From the NCBI GenBank assembly GCA_964016885.1, contig OZ024742.1, forward strand, positions 69,688,001-69,752,000: DNA of 64,000 bases, in the 5' to 3' direction. Shown here in pieces: positions 40,275-52,468 of this stretch (positions within the stretch are counted from its first letter, which is position 1; every line of letters starts with the position of its first letter). The translations under genes were made by a program, and so were the position numbers. The notes under the pieces were generated by a model. It did no database searches. It saw only the letters and a program-made list of their open reading frames with translations, and was not told the origin of the DNA. The DNA comes from Eledone cirrhosa (lineage: Eukaryota).

Positions 40275-40506
40275 ACGGTATATGGAAATAATAATTGTTT
40301 CTACTTTAGGCACAAGGCCAGCAATTACCCAGTGCATTACTGATGCTTTATTTTATCGACCCCGTAAGGATGAAAGGCAAAGTCAACCTCGGCGGGATTT
40401 GAACTCAGATCGTAAAGGGACGTAACTATGCTGGAAAGCATGGCGTCCGACCCTCTACTGATACTGCCAATACTGCCAATCCACCACGGTATATGGAAAT
40501 AATAAT
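40275..40506 (-). mobile_element. Full-length SINE with a 21-bp TSD, left arm only
   Basis: acggtatatggaaataataat occurs at 40275-40295 and 40486-40506; the empty site is a single copy at 48830-48850 in the right arm. Confidence 0.92.
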
Positions 40507-40829
40507 GATGGTGATGGTGATGGTGGTGGTGGTGGTGGTGGTGGTGTTGGTGGTAATGATTCTGATGGTGGTGGTGATGATGTTGATGATGGTGGTGATG
40601 ATGGTGATGGTAATGTTAATGGTAATAGTAATAATAATTGGTCGAGTCGTAGGCGACTAAATCGAAAAGCCCACCAAGCTTGCTTGATGCCGAGGGGGAT
40701 GTGTGGGCACCCTGCGGGATGAAAAACAAAACCTGTCAAATGGTGAAGGAACTCAGGAGAGTCAACTATCATCCAATAATGTGTAAAATCTCCAGCTGTG
40801 GAGTCCAAAATACTAGATTTGAGACCAGC

Positions 40830-42240
40830 TCAGGATAACTCACTGCATTTTAAGGTTTGAGGGCATCTTAAAGTCGTTTATGACACCCTCCAGAGATGGT
40901 GTTTTAAAAAAACAGAAAACACCGCTCGTAGTGGAAGCTTAATACCATTAACCTTAATAGTGAGTGAGATGAATGTGAACTTTTTTTACACAAAGACGTG
41001 AATGGTGCTGGAGCTTCTAGTGAAGGTACGTGCATCGCAGGCCCGGTTGCCATTATGACACTGCTAGAAGTGGATTAAGGAAGTAAACAAGGCTGTTATG
41101 GTGTGTTATTTTAGAAGCAAGCTTATGAATGAAAATGGGGAGCCAATTAGAAGATATAGACAGAGGATGTTACGAATATGACTGGAGATAGGGCACTTTA
41201 AAATTACTGAACAGAAGATTTGTGGGCAGGCAAAAACGGATGGCTATCTGAGATTGAGATTGAATTGATAAAGAGAAAAATAAGCCATAAAGGTGTGAAA
41301 GATATAGAAGCTTGGTGTGTTTGGAGATTCAAATAGAGATGAGAGTATGGAAAATGATGGAATCCAACAGGAAGAAGTGGATTTGAATATTCAAGTGGAT
41401 GCGGGAGTTGGCATTAACATTGATGAACTGAAGGATATATCAGAAATTGGAGTGGCTGGCTAAAATAAAAAATGACATTGGAAATAATCAACAGGGAGAA
41501 TTGGAGATATGGTAAGTTCCCGGCAGAGACGATGTGCAAGGGTTCTGGTTGAGGGCCCTTCATGGGAGAATTGCTGAGCGACTAAATAAGATCTTGAAGG
41601 GAGAAGAGATGCTGCGTGAATGGCTAACCTTTAGGAGTACGATCTTCTGTTTGAAGGACCCCAGCAATGGAAATATAGTGCTTCCTTCTTATGCGGAAAC
41701 CTATGACAGGTGTCATTGCTGAGGCAATGTATGAATACCTGGCGGAGACACTACCTACAGAGCAGAAGGGATGTAGGAGAAGTAGCAAGGGGACTAAATA
41801 TTAATTATTTTAAAAAGAAAAATCCTGCCATTGCCTGGATCGATTACCGCAAGGCTTATGACATGGTACTACATTGTTGGATAGAAGAATGTTTGGAAAT
41901 ATTTGGTATTGCAGCAAACAGACAGTTTTCGGTAAGCAGTATGGATGCTTGGAAGACTGAGCCGATATTTTGTAGACATTGAGAGTTGTGAAGATCAAGA
42001 GAGGAATATTTAAGGGTGACTGTCTTTCGCCTTTGCTGCTTGTATTGTTTATGGTTCCACTTTCATTGATGTTGAGAAGCTCAAAAGTTGGTTACGAGTG
42101 TGAGGCGAGGGCGTGAGTTGAAGATAGACCTCCTGCTGTTCATAGATGACCTAAAACTTTATATTAAATCCTTTGAACATATTGATTCCTTGTACAGACA
42201 GTTCATACATTCAGTATAGACAAAGGAATGGAATTTGGCA
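40830..42240 (+). mobile_element. R4/Dong-like non-LTR retrotransposon remnant (mirror copy ~47115-48530, -)
   Basis: KWIKEVNKAVMVCYF N-terminal piece, IAWIDYRKAYDMVLHCWI, RGIFKGDCLSPLL, LLFIDDLKL, GMEFG. Confidence 0.8.
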
Positions 42241-43596
42241 CAAGGGCTAACACGAAGAAAAACATTACAGACGTCACAGAACGGTACAGGACGATACAAA
42301 GTGGGTTTTGGCCGTGTCAAAAAGGTTATAACCAGAAGATAGAAGAGAAAAATCAAATAACAAAAATTCCCCAATAGGGGGGAAACTTCCGAGGATCACG
42401 CGTGGCGAAAACCACACAAAAGACAACGGCAACCCTGACCACCAGAGCAAGCGGCCTCTCTCAGTTTCCACTCCTCAGTCTATAGGCGCATACTCAGAGC
42501 GGGCCCGTTCACTCGGACCAGACTCGCCACTTTCACCCACCTTTCAACAAACTTATTAGAAGATAGCACTTGTCTCTCCACCCTGATTATCCTCTTCAAG
42601 TGAAATTTGAAAAAGTTAATCAGGGATTCACTGAAGGGGAGAGTGTCCATCTTCAATCCTTTCAACCTTGTCCACCATACAATCTCTTTCGCCATGGCCA
42701 CCAGGCAGATGAAAACTGCGTGCCCTTCCTCCTCTTTAAAGGAGGACGGCGGGGCTATCTGCACAATGCACTCAGTCGTTAACCGGATCCGTCCTACACG
42801 TGACAGCAAATGTTCGACAGAGCTCCACAAGTCAGCAATGCTCGGACACTGAACGAGTGAGTGCACAACGGTTTCGTCGCTCTGTGCACATCTTGGACAG
42901 GTTCGGCTGACGGCAATTCCGTGCCTGGAGAGCTTATCTCGAACCGGCAACGCTTCCCGGTAGCACTGCCAGAGCAGGGATTCTGGAAGTTGTCCATACG
43001 CTCGGGCTAAAAGTTCTCTTGAAGAGAGCGAACAGCTGATCGTCTTCGATGTCTAGGATCTCTCCGAGAACGTCGTCACTCTTCCACTCCACTAGTCTTC
43101 TATAGAACGCCGAGGTGGATGTTCCACCGATACTAGTGCCCAGCTGGTAGAAGGCTGTAAGTACTTGGAGACTTTCCAGCTTCCAAGTGCTATCCCTCGG
43201 TCTTTTCCTGATACAGGACTGCAGCTCCGTTAATGAGACGAGTTGGGGGAAAATACGTCTGCAAACGGTGACGACACCTGTTCACCATCAAGGAAGCACC
43301 AGAGATGTGGCAGCCTCAGTGCGTGTTTGCGCATCATCAGCCACGGCATGCCCAGCCCTCCATACAACGGGTGTTGACAGCAGATGGATCATCTGACCAT
43401 GTGAGCACGTCCCTTTGATAAAAAACGGAAGAGGAGGCGTTCCATTTTTGTCAGAGTTGAGCCAGGGCAAAGCACAACGGTTAGGCGGTAACAGATGATG
43501 GATGCGATGGACGCATTCGCCACCTCTGCTCATCCTTTCAGGGACAGCTTGCCCTAGGCTCATTTCTGTGTGAGAGAGGCCACCTGTTCGTCACCG
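42241..43596 (-). mobile_element. Inverted 3' part of the central Tx1-like LINE
   Basis: ORF 42480-42950 (CPRCAQSDETVVH) is near-identical to 46400-46872 and retains ~540 bp that is deleted from the + copy. Confidence 0.9.
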
Positions 43597-46500
43597 CTGA
43601 AAAGGGGGTCACTTCTTTTGTAGGTGTGACCCGAAATAGAAACAGTCCTAGTCACAGAGCAGGAGATGGCAGTCGCAAGAGCCATGGTGACAGGAAATGC
43701 CATTAGAGTTTCCCTGAAACTTCCACCCGATTTCTTCAAGGACCAGCAGCTACGCACGGTGACTTACCGCACCGTAAGCAAAATGTCACACCAAGTGGAG
43801 AGGGCCATGGAGGCTCAAATCCAAAAGGCCTTGGAGTGCATCTGGGCGCGCAAAACCCACATCACCCGAGGCAGAAAGTACGCCACAGTAGACATACTTT
43901 TCGCTACCCCACAAGAGGCGAAGTCTCACTCTTTGGAAACCCTAAAGAGTGAGGAGATAGTCTTGGTGCCCTCCTACTGCGGGAATAAAATTGTGAGGGT
44001 CAAAGTGACCCAGATCCCACCCGACGTGCTCATACCTTGACTCGCCACGCCTGTCCTTGCTGGAATCGAGGACAGGACGACCATTCTGCAAGTAGAGAAA
44101 ATTAGGGAGAGAGAACTGGTCAGGTATAGGCATGCAAATGCTAATACAAACTGACCAGGAGAGTATCGAGGCTATCCCCGATATCATAGACCTCGAGGAA
44201 GGACTCCAACTCCCTATAAGCGTGGAAGGAAGACGCCCAAAATGTTATCTCTGTGGGTCAAAAGGTCACCTCAGGGCCTTTTACCCGCAGAAGACAGCGA
44301 AGAAGGCCCCCTCCTTCCAATGCCTGGTCCGCTGCTACCAAGAGCAGGGCAGACAACAAACGCAGAAGACCCTTCTACGTTGAGTAGGAGAGCAACGTCC
44401 GTGGTGCCCGTACCAAAGTCACGGACAACTAAAACAGCAGCAGAAGTGGCGGCCGCACCAGTAGTAACATTTACAGTAGCTGCACCAGCAACAAAATCGC
44501 CGGAGAGGGCTCCACTACCACCACCAACAGCCGTGGCGCACATAACCCTCCCAGACGCCACGGAATACGACATGGAGTCTGAGGGGGGAGTGCAGTGACA
44601 AACGGTCTGTCACAAAAAAATAAAAAACAAAAAACCCTTTAGCTTCACCCTCCAAAAGCGAAGGCAAACAAAGAGGGGTAAAGGCTACAAGGCGACTCGC
44701 AGCAACGCCACCACCATTACCACCAACAACTAGCATACCACCACCATCAGCACAAACATCAACATCGCAGACACAAGACAAACATACCCAACAGCAGCAA
44801 CAAGAAAACAGCACCCCTCCCCCCACCCACCCCACCCACCCACCCACCCCAAAAAAAACATTACGCAGCCATAAACATGGCAAATAAAGAATTCTTAGAA
44901 CAGATAAAGCAGCACACAGACATTACGGAGAAAAATGACTACACCCCACCAACACCAAGAACTCTCCCGAAAAATATAAACTTTATTGAAATTAAAATAG
45001 AACATTATAAACATTTAAAAGAAACATTCCCCAACGCAGTTGGAGACTTCAGAGGGTCAGTTACCAAAAGGATATACACCGACATCATCTTGGAGACACC
45101 CATGACCAGCCAAAGCGATGGTTCAACTGTCCCTTTCCCACACGATCAAGGTAGGTGATCCTTTCTCACTTACTCCATTTTTCACCCAACATGGCCTTAC
45201 TTAGAATAGGCAGTATAAATGTACGTGGCCTGGGGTCATCTTGGAAGCAGGGCCACCTGCTTAAAAATCTCAGGTCACTAAACATAGATGTGGTGGCCAT
45301 CAGCGAGACCAGAATTTCCGAAGCACGAGACTTCGCACCGACCCTCGGCGGCTACGATGTATACGCATCTCCCAGCCGTCCGGGAGCGAGGGGCGGAGTT
45401 GTGATTTTTCGGAGATGCTTGGATCTCGCCATACGGGCCATCTTCCTGGACCCAGAAGGTAAGTCGGTGGTAGCCGACTACACCCCAACAGAGGCAGAAC
45501 GGGCTGATTTCTTCAGACGTCTAGAGACCTTTCTTGGAACGTCACGCTCTTTAGTGTTAGTGGGTGACTGGAACGGTATCTTAGATGCACGCTGGGATTA
45601 TGTGGGGCTAGTAAATAAAAGAGGAGGTGTAAAAGCCTCACCAACCTGCTCAAACGTTTTCAACTGTCTGACAGGTATCGACTGGATTATCCGAATGTGC
45701 CAATGTGGACATGGGCAAACCGCAACGGGTCATCCAGATCGTATCTAGATAGGGTATTGTGTAGGGAAACAGATAACGCTAGCGTAGGTTGTCCAACATT
45801 TAAAGTAGTCGGCTACACGGACCACAAATTTGTGATCTGTGAAGTCGACTTAGATAGACTTTATAGGCAACGACCTGGTTACTTGAAGGTGAACGGTCAT
45901 CTGTCACAGCCATTCAGCATCATGCTCTCAGTCTGTCAGGGTTGTCCCTCTCGTCACTCTTGTACGTATTGGCCCTAGAGCCGTTACTGCACAAATTGGA
46001 GGCGATGAGATACGTCCCACGCAAAGTGGGATGTGGGAGATCCGTATCAGCTTACGCCGACGACGTCACCGTGGTGGTGTCCAGCGCCGGACATGTCCAA
46101 ATGCTCGGCACCGCTCTCAAGGAATATGAAGCAGTGACAGGAGCAAAGTTAAACCAGAAAAAGTCGGTGGGCTCGGCAGCTGGAGAGGCAAGTCCATGCC
46201 GCCCGACAGCGTTGTCGGGCGCTCAACGGAAGGACCGGTTAAATTGCTCGGGGTCTGGTTCGGTCTAGACCTCCAGATGGAGAAAAACTGGAGCGAGGTG
46301 ACGAACAAGGTGGCCTCTCTCCCACAGAAATGAGCCGAGGGCAAGCTGTCCCTGAAAAGACGAGCAGAGGTGGCGAATCCGTTCATTGCATCCGTCATCT
46401 GTTACCGGTTCGAGATAAGCTCTCCAGGCACGGAATTGCCGTCAGCCGAACCTGTCCAAGATGTGCACAGAGCGACGAAACCGTTGTGCACTCACTCGTT

Positions 46501-47114
46501 CAGTGTCCGAGCATTGCTGACTTGTGGAGCTCTGTCGAACATTTGCTGTCACGTGTAGGACGGATCCGGTTATCGACTGAGTGCATTGTGCAGATAGCCC
46601 CACCGTCCTCCTTTAAAGAGGAGGTAGGGCCCGCAGTTTTCATCTGCCTGGTGGCCATGGCGAAAGAGATTGTATGGTGGACAAGGTTGAAAGGATTGAA
46701 GATGGACACTCTCCCCTTCAGTGAATCCCTGATTAACTTTTTCAAATTTCACTTGAAGAGGATAATCAGGGTGGAGAGACAAGTGCTATCTTCTAATAAG
46801 TTTGTTGAAAGGTGGGTGAAAGTGGCGAGTCTGGTCCGAGTGAACGGGCCCGCTCTGAGTATGCGCCTATAGACTGAGGAGTGGAAAACTGAGAGAGGGC
46901 GCTTGCTCTGGTGGTCAGGGTTGCCGTTGTCTTTTGTGTGGTTTTCGCCACGAGTGATCCTCGGAATTTTCCCCCTATTGGGGAATTTTTGCTATTTGAT
47001 TTTTCTCTTCTATCTTCTGGTTATAACCTTTTTGACACGGCCAAAACCCACTTTGTATCGTCCTGTACCGTTCTGTGACGTCTGTAATGTTTTTCTTCGT
47101 GTTAGCCCTTGTGC
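43597..47114 (+). mobile_element. Internally deleted Tx1/L1-clade LINE (ORF1 zinc knuckle, APE endonuclease, RT pieces, zinc finger) forming the palindrome spacer and the start of the right arm
   Basis: VEGRRPKCYLCGSKGH; GSINVRGL, ISET, VGDWN, SYLDR, TDH; YADD; CPRC. Similar to the 22464 element. Confidence 0.9.
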
Positions 47115-49698
47115 CAAATTCCATTCCTTTGTCTATACTGAATGTATGAACTGTCTGTACAAGGGAATCAATATGTTCAAAGGATTTACTATAAAGTTTT
47201 ATTTCATCTATGAGCAGCAGGAGGTTTATCTTCAACTCACGCCCTCGTCTCTCATTCATAACCAGCTTTTGAGCTTCTCAACATCAATGAAAGTGGAACC
47301 ATAGACAATACAAGTAGCAAAGGCGAAAGACAGTCACCCTTAAATATTCCTCTCTTGATCTTCACAACTCTCAATGTCTGTCTACAAAATATCGGCTCAG
47401 TCTTCCAAGCATCCATACTGCTTACCGAAAACTGTCTGTTTGCTGCAATACCAAATATTTCCAAACATTCTTCTATCCAACAATGTAGTACCATGTCATA
47501 AGCCTTGCGGTAATCGATCCAGGCAATGGCAGGATTTTTCTTTTTAAAATAATTAATATTTAGTCCCCCTGCTACTTCTCCTACATCCCTTCTGCTCTGT
47601 AGGTAGTGTCTCCGCCAGGTATTCATACATTGCCTCAGCAATGACACCTGTCATAGGTTTCCGCATAAGAAGGAAGCACTATATTTCCATTGCTGGGGTC
47701 CTTCAAACAGAAGATCGTACTCCTAAAGGTTAGCCATTCACGCAGCATCTCTTCTCCCTTCAAGATCTTATTTAGTCGCTCAGCAATTCTCCCATGAAGG
47801 GCCCTCAACCAGAACCCTTGCACATCGTCTCTGCCGGGAACTTACCATATCTCCAATTCTCCCTGTTGATTATTTCCAATGTCATTTTTTATTTTAGCCA
47901 GCCACTCCAATTTCTGATATATCCTTCAGTTCATCAATGTTAATGCCAACTCCCGCATCCACTTGAATATTCAAATCCACTTCTTCCTGTTGGATTCCAT
48001 CATTTTCCATACTCTCATCTCTATTTGAATCTCCAAACACACCAAGCTTCTATATCTTTCACACCTTTATGGCTTATTTTTCTCTTTATCAATTCAATCT
48101 CAATCTCAGATAGCCATCCGTTTTTGCCTGCCCACAAATCTTCTGTTCAGTAATTTTAAAGTGCCCTATCTCCAGTCATATTCGTAACATCCTCTGTCTA
48201 TATCTTCTAATTGGCTCCCCATTTTCATTCATAAGCTTGCTTCTAAAATAACACACCATAACAGCCTTGTTTACTTCCTTAATCCACTTCTAGCAGTGTC
48301 ATAATGGCAACCGGGCCTGCGATGCACGTACCTTCACTAGAAGCTCCAGCACCATTCACGTCTTTGTGTAAAAAAAGTTCACATTCATCTCACTCACTAT
48401 TAAGGTTAATGGTATTAAGCTTCCACTACGAGCGGTGTTTTCTGTTTTTTTAAAACACCATCTCTGGAGGGTGTCATAAACGACTTTAAGATGCCCTCAA
48501 ACCTTAAAATGCAGTGAGTTATCCTGAGCTGGTCTCAAATCTAGTATTTTGGACTCCACAGCTGGAGATTTTACACATTATTGGATGACAGTTGACTCTT
48601 CTGAGTTCCTTCACCATTTGACAGGTTTTGTTTTTCATCCCGCAGCGTGTCCACACATCCCCTTCGGCATCAAGCAAGCTTGGTGGGTTTTTCGATTTAG
48701 TCGCCTACGACTCGACCAATTATTATTACTATTACCATTAACATCACCGTCATCACCACCATCATCAACATCATCACCACCACCATCAGAATCTTAACCA
48801 CCACCACCACCACAATCACCATCACCATCATTATTATTTCCATATACCGTATTCCCCTGCGTCGAGACGCTACTTTGTTCCTGAAATAAGTCTAAAAAAT
48901 CTACCATGCGTTGTTTATTATTTTTTTTTTTCAAATTTTTTGTTGTCAAAATTAGGGTGCGTTTTCGAGGACTAAGCGTCTTCGGCGCCGGGAAATGCGG
49001 TACATAGTTAACCTCAGCATGGCTGCGCCTTTGCCCGCTGCCCCTCCCTCTCAGGGCCTACACCACCCCGAGACGTCTAACTTGCTTTCATTTCGGTAGC
49101 ATCCCAGTCATAGTGAGATATTTCAGACCCCTCTCTGTCACTGGACTACCATATTATTTCGTTGGTCGTAGGGAGAGGCTGCTATTATCATTCATGGTAT
49201 TTCAATAGTCTAACAGAGACACCTGGTGAAAGATTGAGGGTTAGTGAGAGGGATCGGGGATTTGGCGAGGGGAGTGTTGTTAAAAGTAAACTTACATAAA
49301 AAGTAAAAACAAAAAGAACAGAGAGAGCCGATCGGAAGTCCAACAAACCAAATAAACCGCATTCTCATACCTTATCCCTACATAATGGCCTCTAACCAAC
49401 ACCATCTATCAACCATCCCCCTAACCCTTCTCATATCACCCTATCTTTACTCCAAGTCCAATCACGTTGCACTTTTTTTTTCTCTTCACTTACGCCTCTT
49501 CCCCCTCGTTGTCCTTTTATCTCCTTACCTATCTTTATCCTTTTTTTACCTATCTCCTTCCCTCTCTTCTACCTTCTCCAATAGATTTCTCCTCAAAACA
49601 ACCAATCAAAACAAAGAACGACAGAATACCCCAACTAAATGAGAAACATATATTTTTTGAAAGTTGTACGTGGATATCTCCAATCATTAACGAACCAA

Positions 49699-49785
49699 GA
49701 GTCTGATGAGCTGTTGATTCCAGAGTTGCTACCGATCGATGCAGATCGAACATTGAGTTGATCAATCGTGAAACGCGCGTCACGC
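49699..49785 (+). ncRNA. Hammerhead ribozyme remnant with a long stem II (mirror copy ~39335-39416, -)
   Basis: GAGU-CUGAUGA-GCUGUUGAU...AUCAAUCGU-GAAA-CGCGCG-UC^-ACGC; stem I has a mismatch. Confidence 0.6.
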
Positions 49786-49841
49786 CTGAATAAATTTAAT
49801 GATGGTACTTTGACACCTTGTTCCTACTTATTATTAATCAT

Positions 49842-49884
<43 letters not shown>

Positions 49885-49888
<4 letters not shown>

Positions 49889-50185
49889 ATATTTTCTTTA
49901 GATCGTTTTGGAAGCCTCAACAATGCAGGTGGGTAATTCTCTGGGTAACAAGATCCGGTGGAAGAGAGAGAGATGTAAGTGAATGTAAAATGAGATGTAT
50001 AGTGTGTAGAAGAACGTAGGAAAGAGCGTAAACAATAAAAATAATAACACGAGATAGAGTTACCTTGGGAGAGATTTAATTGTCCCTATATATTTCGGAT
50101 TCACATCCATCAACTGGGGGTTTCCGGGGGAGGGAGGTTATCTGTCGGATAGGATCGATACGGGTCCTCTGCTGTTCGTTGTTTT

Positions 50186-50190
<5 letters not shown>
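49885..50190 (-). mobile_element. Solo Penelope terminal-repeat fragment in (TA)n, right arm only
   Basis: Diverged homolog of 51817-52145, but the block gagttaccttgggagagatttaattgtccctatatatttcggattcacatccatcaactgggg is identical. Confidence 0.85.
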
Positions 50191-50239
<49 letters not shown>

Positions 50240-50315
50240 CAAAGGAAATGTGGTAAGGAACCAGGTGGACCATAACGCACCAGAGTACTCAATACTTAGT
50301 GTAGTAGAGTGGGAA

Positions 50316-50417
50316 ATAGGAAAAAAGTATGACCCCGACGGCAGAGCTCAAGCCGTTTCTGGAAATAGCCGTCGAAACGGCTTGAGCTCTGCCGTCGGGG
50401 TCATACTTTTTCCTATA
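50316..50417. repeat. ~45-bp-arm hairpin, right arm only; each arm holds a hammerhead 3' half
   Basis: ataggaaaaaagtatgaccccgacggcagagctcaagccgtttc ... gaaacggcttgagctctgccgtcggggtcatactttttcctat. Confidence 0.85.
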
Positions 50418-51540
50418 TATATATATATATATAAATATATATATATATATTGTTACATTTGGGTATGGTCATATTGCCAATATTGCCAATAGAAAGAAAC
50501 ACACGCACCATATAATTTCACTTTATCTTTATTGTTCGTTATTAATTTGTTTATCAAAGTTCTTTCGTCACACATTCTGTGACCTCCACAATGATTATCT
50601 CTTTTGTGCCTCCTCTTTTTCTTGGTCTTAAACTTCTACTCCATCATGTCTTTGTTTGTTTTGTAGTGATTTTTTATGTTTCGTGTTTGCGCCCGCGTAT
50701 CTATGAGTGTGTGTGTGTGTGTGTTTGTGTTTGTCATATCTACGTGTATTTTATGTGGTGGGGGGGGTATAGTTTGTGTACAGCTTAAGCCGTGTCATTG
50801 TATTGAGATGTGATCTGTAGAATATCTAAAAACTAAGCTGTGCTGTATTATGTTATAGTATTCGGATGTTGTTATATAAAAGATATGGTGTATTAAAAGT
50901 TAATTATGTAGAATCTGCGTTGTTAAATTTTGTTATTATATTGGGGGTCATTGTGTGGAGTATATACTTTGTAAGATGCATTATGGCATTATTAGTTTAT
51001 TATTTAAAATATATGGAACATATTTAGTGGAATGCTAAGTTCTAGCAGTAACTCTTAGCGTCTCTGAAAGAAAAGGGAGAGAACATTTCAAGAAATTTGG
51101 AATTTATATTACGCATTTAGAGGAAAATATGATATTTTTTAGCATACAAGTTTACAGTTAATGACATGTTTCTGTATTACAGATCTCATCAGCGAAACGA
51201 ATGTTGTCAGCGAATGATATGTATATCGGTGGCAAAACCGAAATACCAAAGTCTTTTGAAAATTTATTTGTAATGAGATAATAAAAAAAATAACCTGACA
51301 TGCTGTAAACCTGTAAACAGGTGATACAAAATGAAAATAAATAATGGTCAAAACAAATATACGCCAAGCTATTGTATTTCAAGGCCTGTTGTATTGCTGT
51401 CAGAAAATCCATATATTACAGAAGAGCTGTGATTACATGTGAGAGTAGCAAACGATTACATGCTTAGTAAAAGAATCAACAATCACACCATTACCGAAGT
51501 GAGTAGGAAATCGATGATATTTTAATCCGGATAAAAGAGA

Positions 51541-51639
51541 TCAGACAACTGTATCATTCGTTATATTCGGGTTGCTGGGTACAGCTAATGCACTGGTCTG
51601 GAACACAATTACACCATAGGACAAGAGTGTCCCACCTAT
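51541..51639 (-). CDS. Second copy of GRL exon 4 (TM7b), intact
   Basis: Reads as the exact reverse complement of 37566-37664, including acceptor and stop. Confidence 0.8.
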   Translation of the reverse strand: MGGTLLSYGVIVFQTSALAVPSNPNITNDTVV

Positions 51640-52037
51640 CTAGTTAAATAGAAGAAATAAGAGCGGTGAGGCAAGATCAGTTTGACATATTTAACAGGGT
51701 CATTTTATATTATATTTGATAATAAATAACAAATATTTAATACTCAATATTGATTATTTTTTCGGAAGTCTAGATTATTTGGTGTTATATATATTAATAT
51801 ATATATATATATATATGTAAATATTTATATGTCGTTTGGAAGCCTCGACAATGTAAATGGGTAAATCTCCGGGTAACAAGGTCCGGTGGTGGAAAGAGAG
51901 AAGTGTAAGTGGGTGTACGTTGAGATGCGTGGTGTGTATAAGATGTGTGAGATGTGTAGAATGAAGGGAAGAGTAAAAGAATAAAAATAATAATAACAAC
52001 ACAAGAGAGAGAGTTACCTTGGGAGAGATTTAATTGT

Positions 52038-52073
52038 CCCTATATATTTCGGATTCACATCCATCAACTGGGG
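52038..52073 (-). ncRNA. Hammerhead-like motif with variant core CAGUUGA (identical copy at 50084-50119)
   Basis: CCC-CAGUUGA-U-GGAU guga AUCC-GAAA-UAUA-UA^-GGG. Confidence 0.6.
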
Positions 52074-52468
52074 TTTTTTCCGGAGTGGGGGAAAAGGTTG
52101 TCTGTCGGACAACTCGGAACGCGTCTTTCGCTGTCTGTTGATTTGAATATCTGAGGTATTCGGCCGAGCGCGCGTGCGCGTTAAATGGGGTCGGTCGTAC
52201 AGAGGTCAGCGGCCGAATGAGGGAGTGGGATGGCGCTAGCTGTCAGTCCATTCTCTGCCTGTTTATTAAATGTTACTGTGTGTGTGTGCGTGTGTTGTTG
52301 TCTCGCTTGAGTGTGTGTGTGTGTGTGCGTGTGTTGTTGCCTTGTTCATCTGTATTGGCAGTGTAGTATGTTCGTATGGTGGCATGCTACTGTGTGTGTG
52401 TGTGTAGTTGTCTCGTTTGCGTGTGTGTGTGTGTGCGTGTGTTGTGTGTTGTTGCATCGCTTGTTAAC

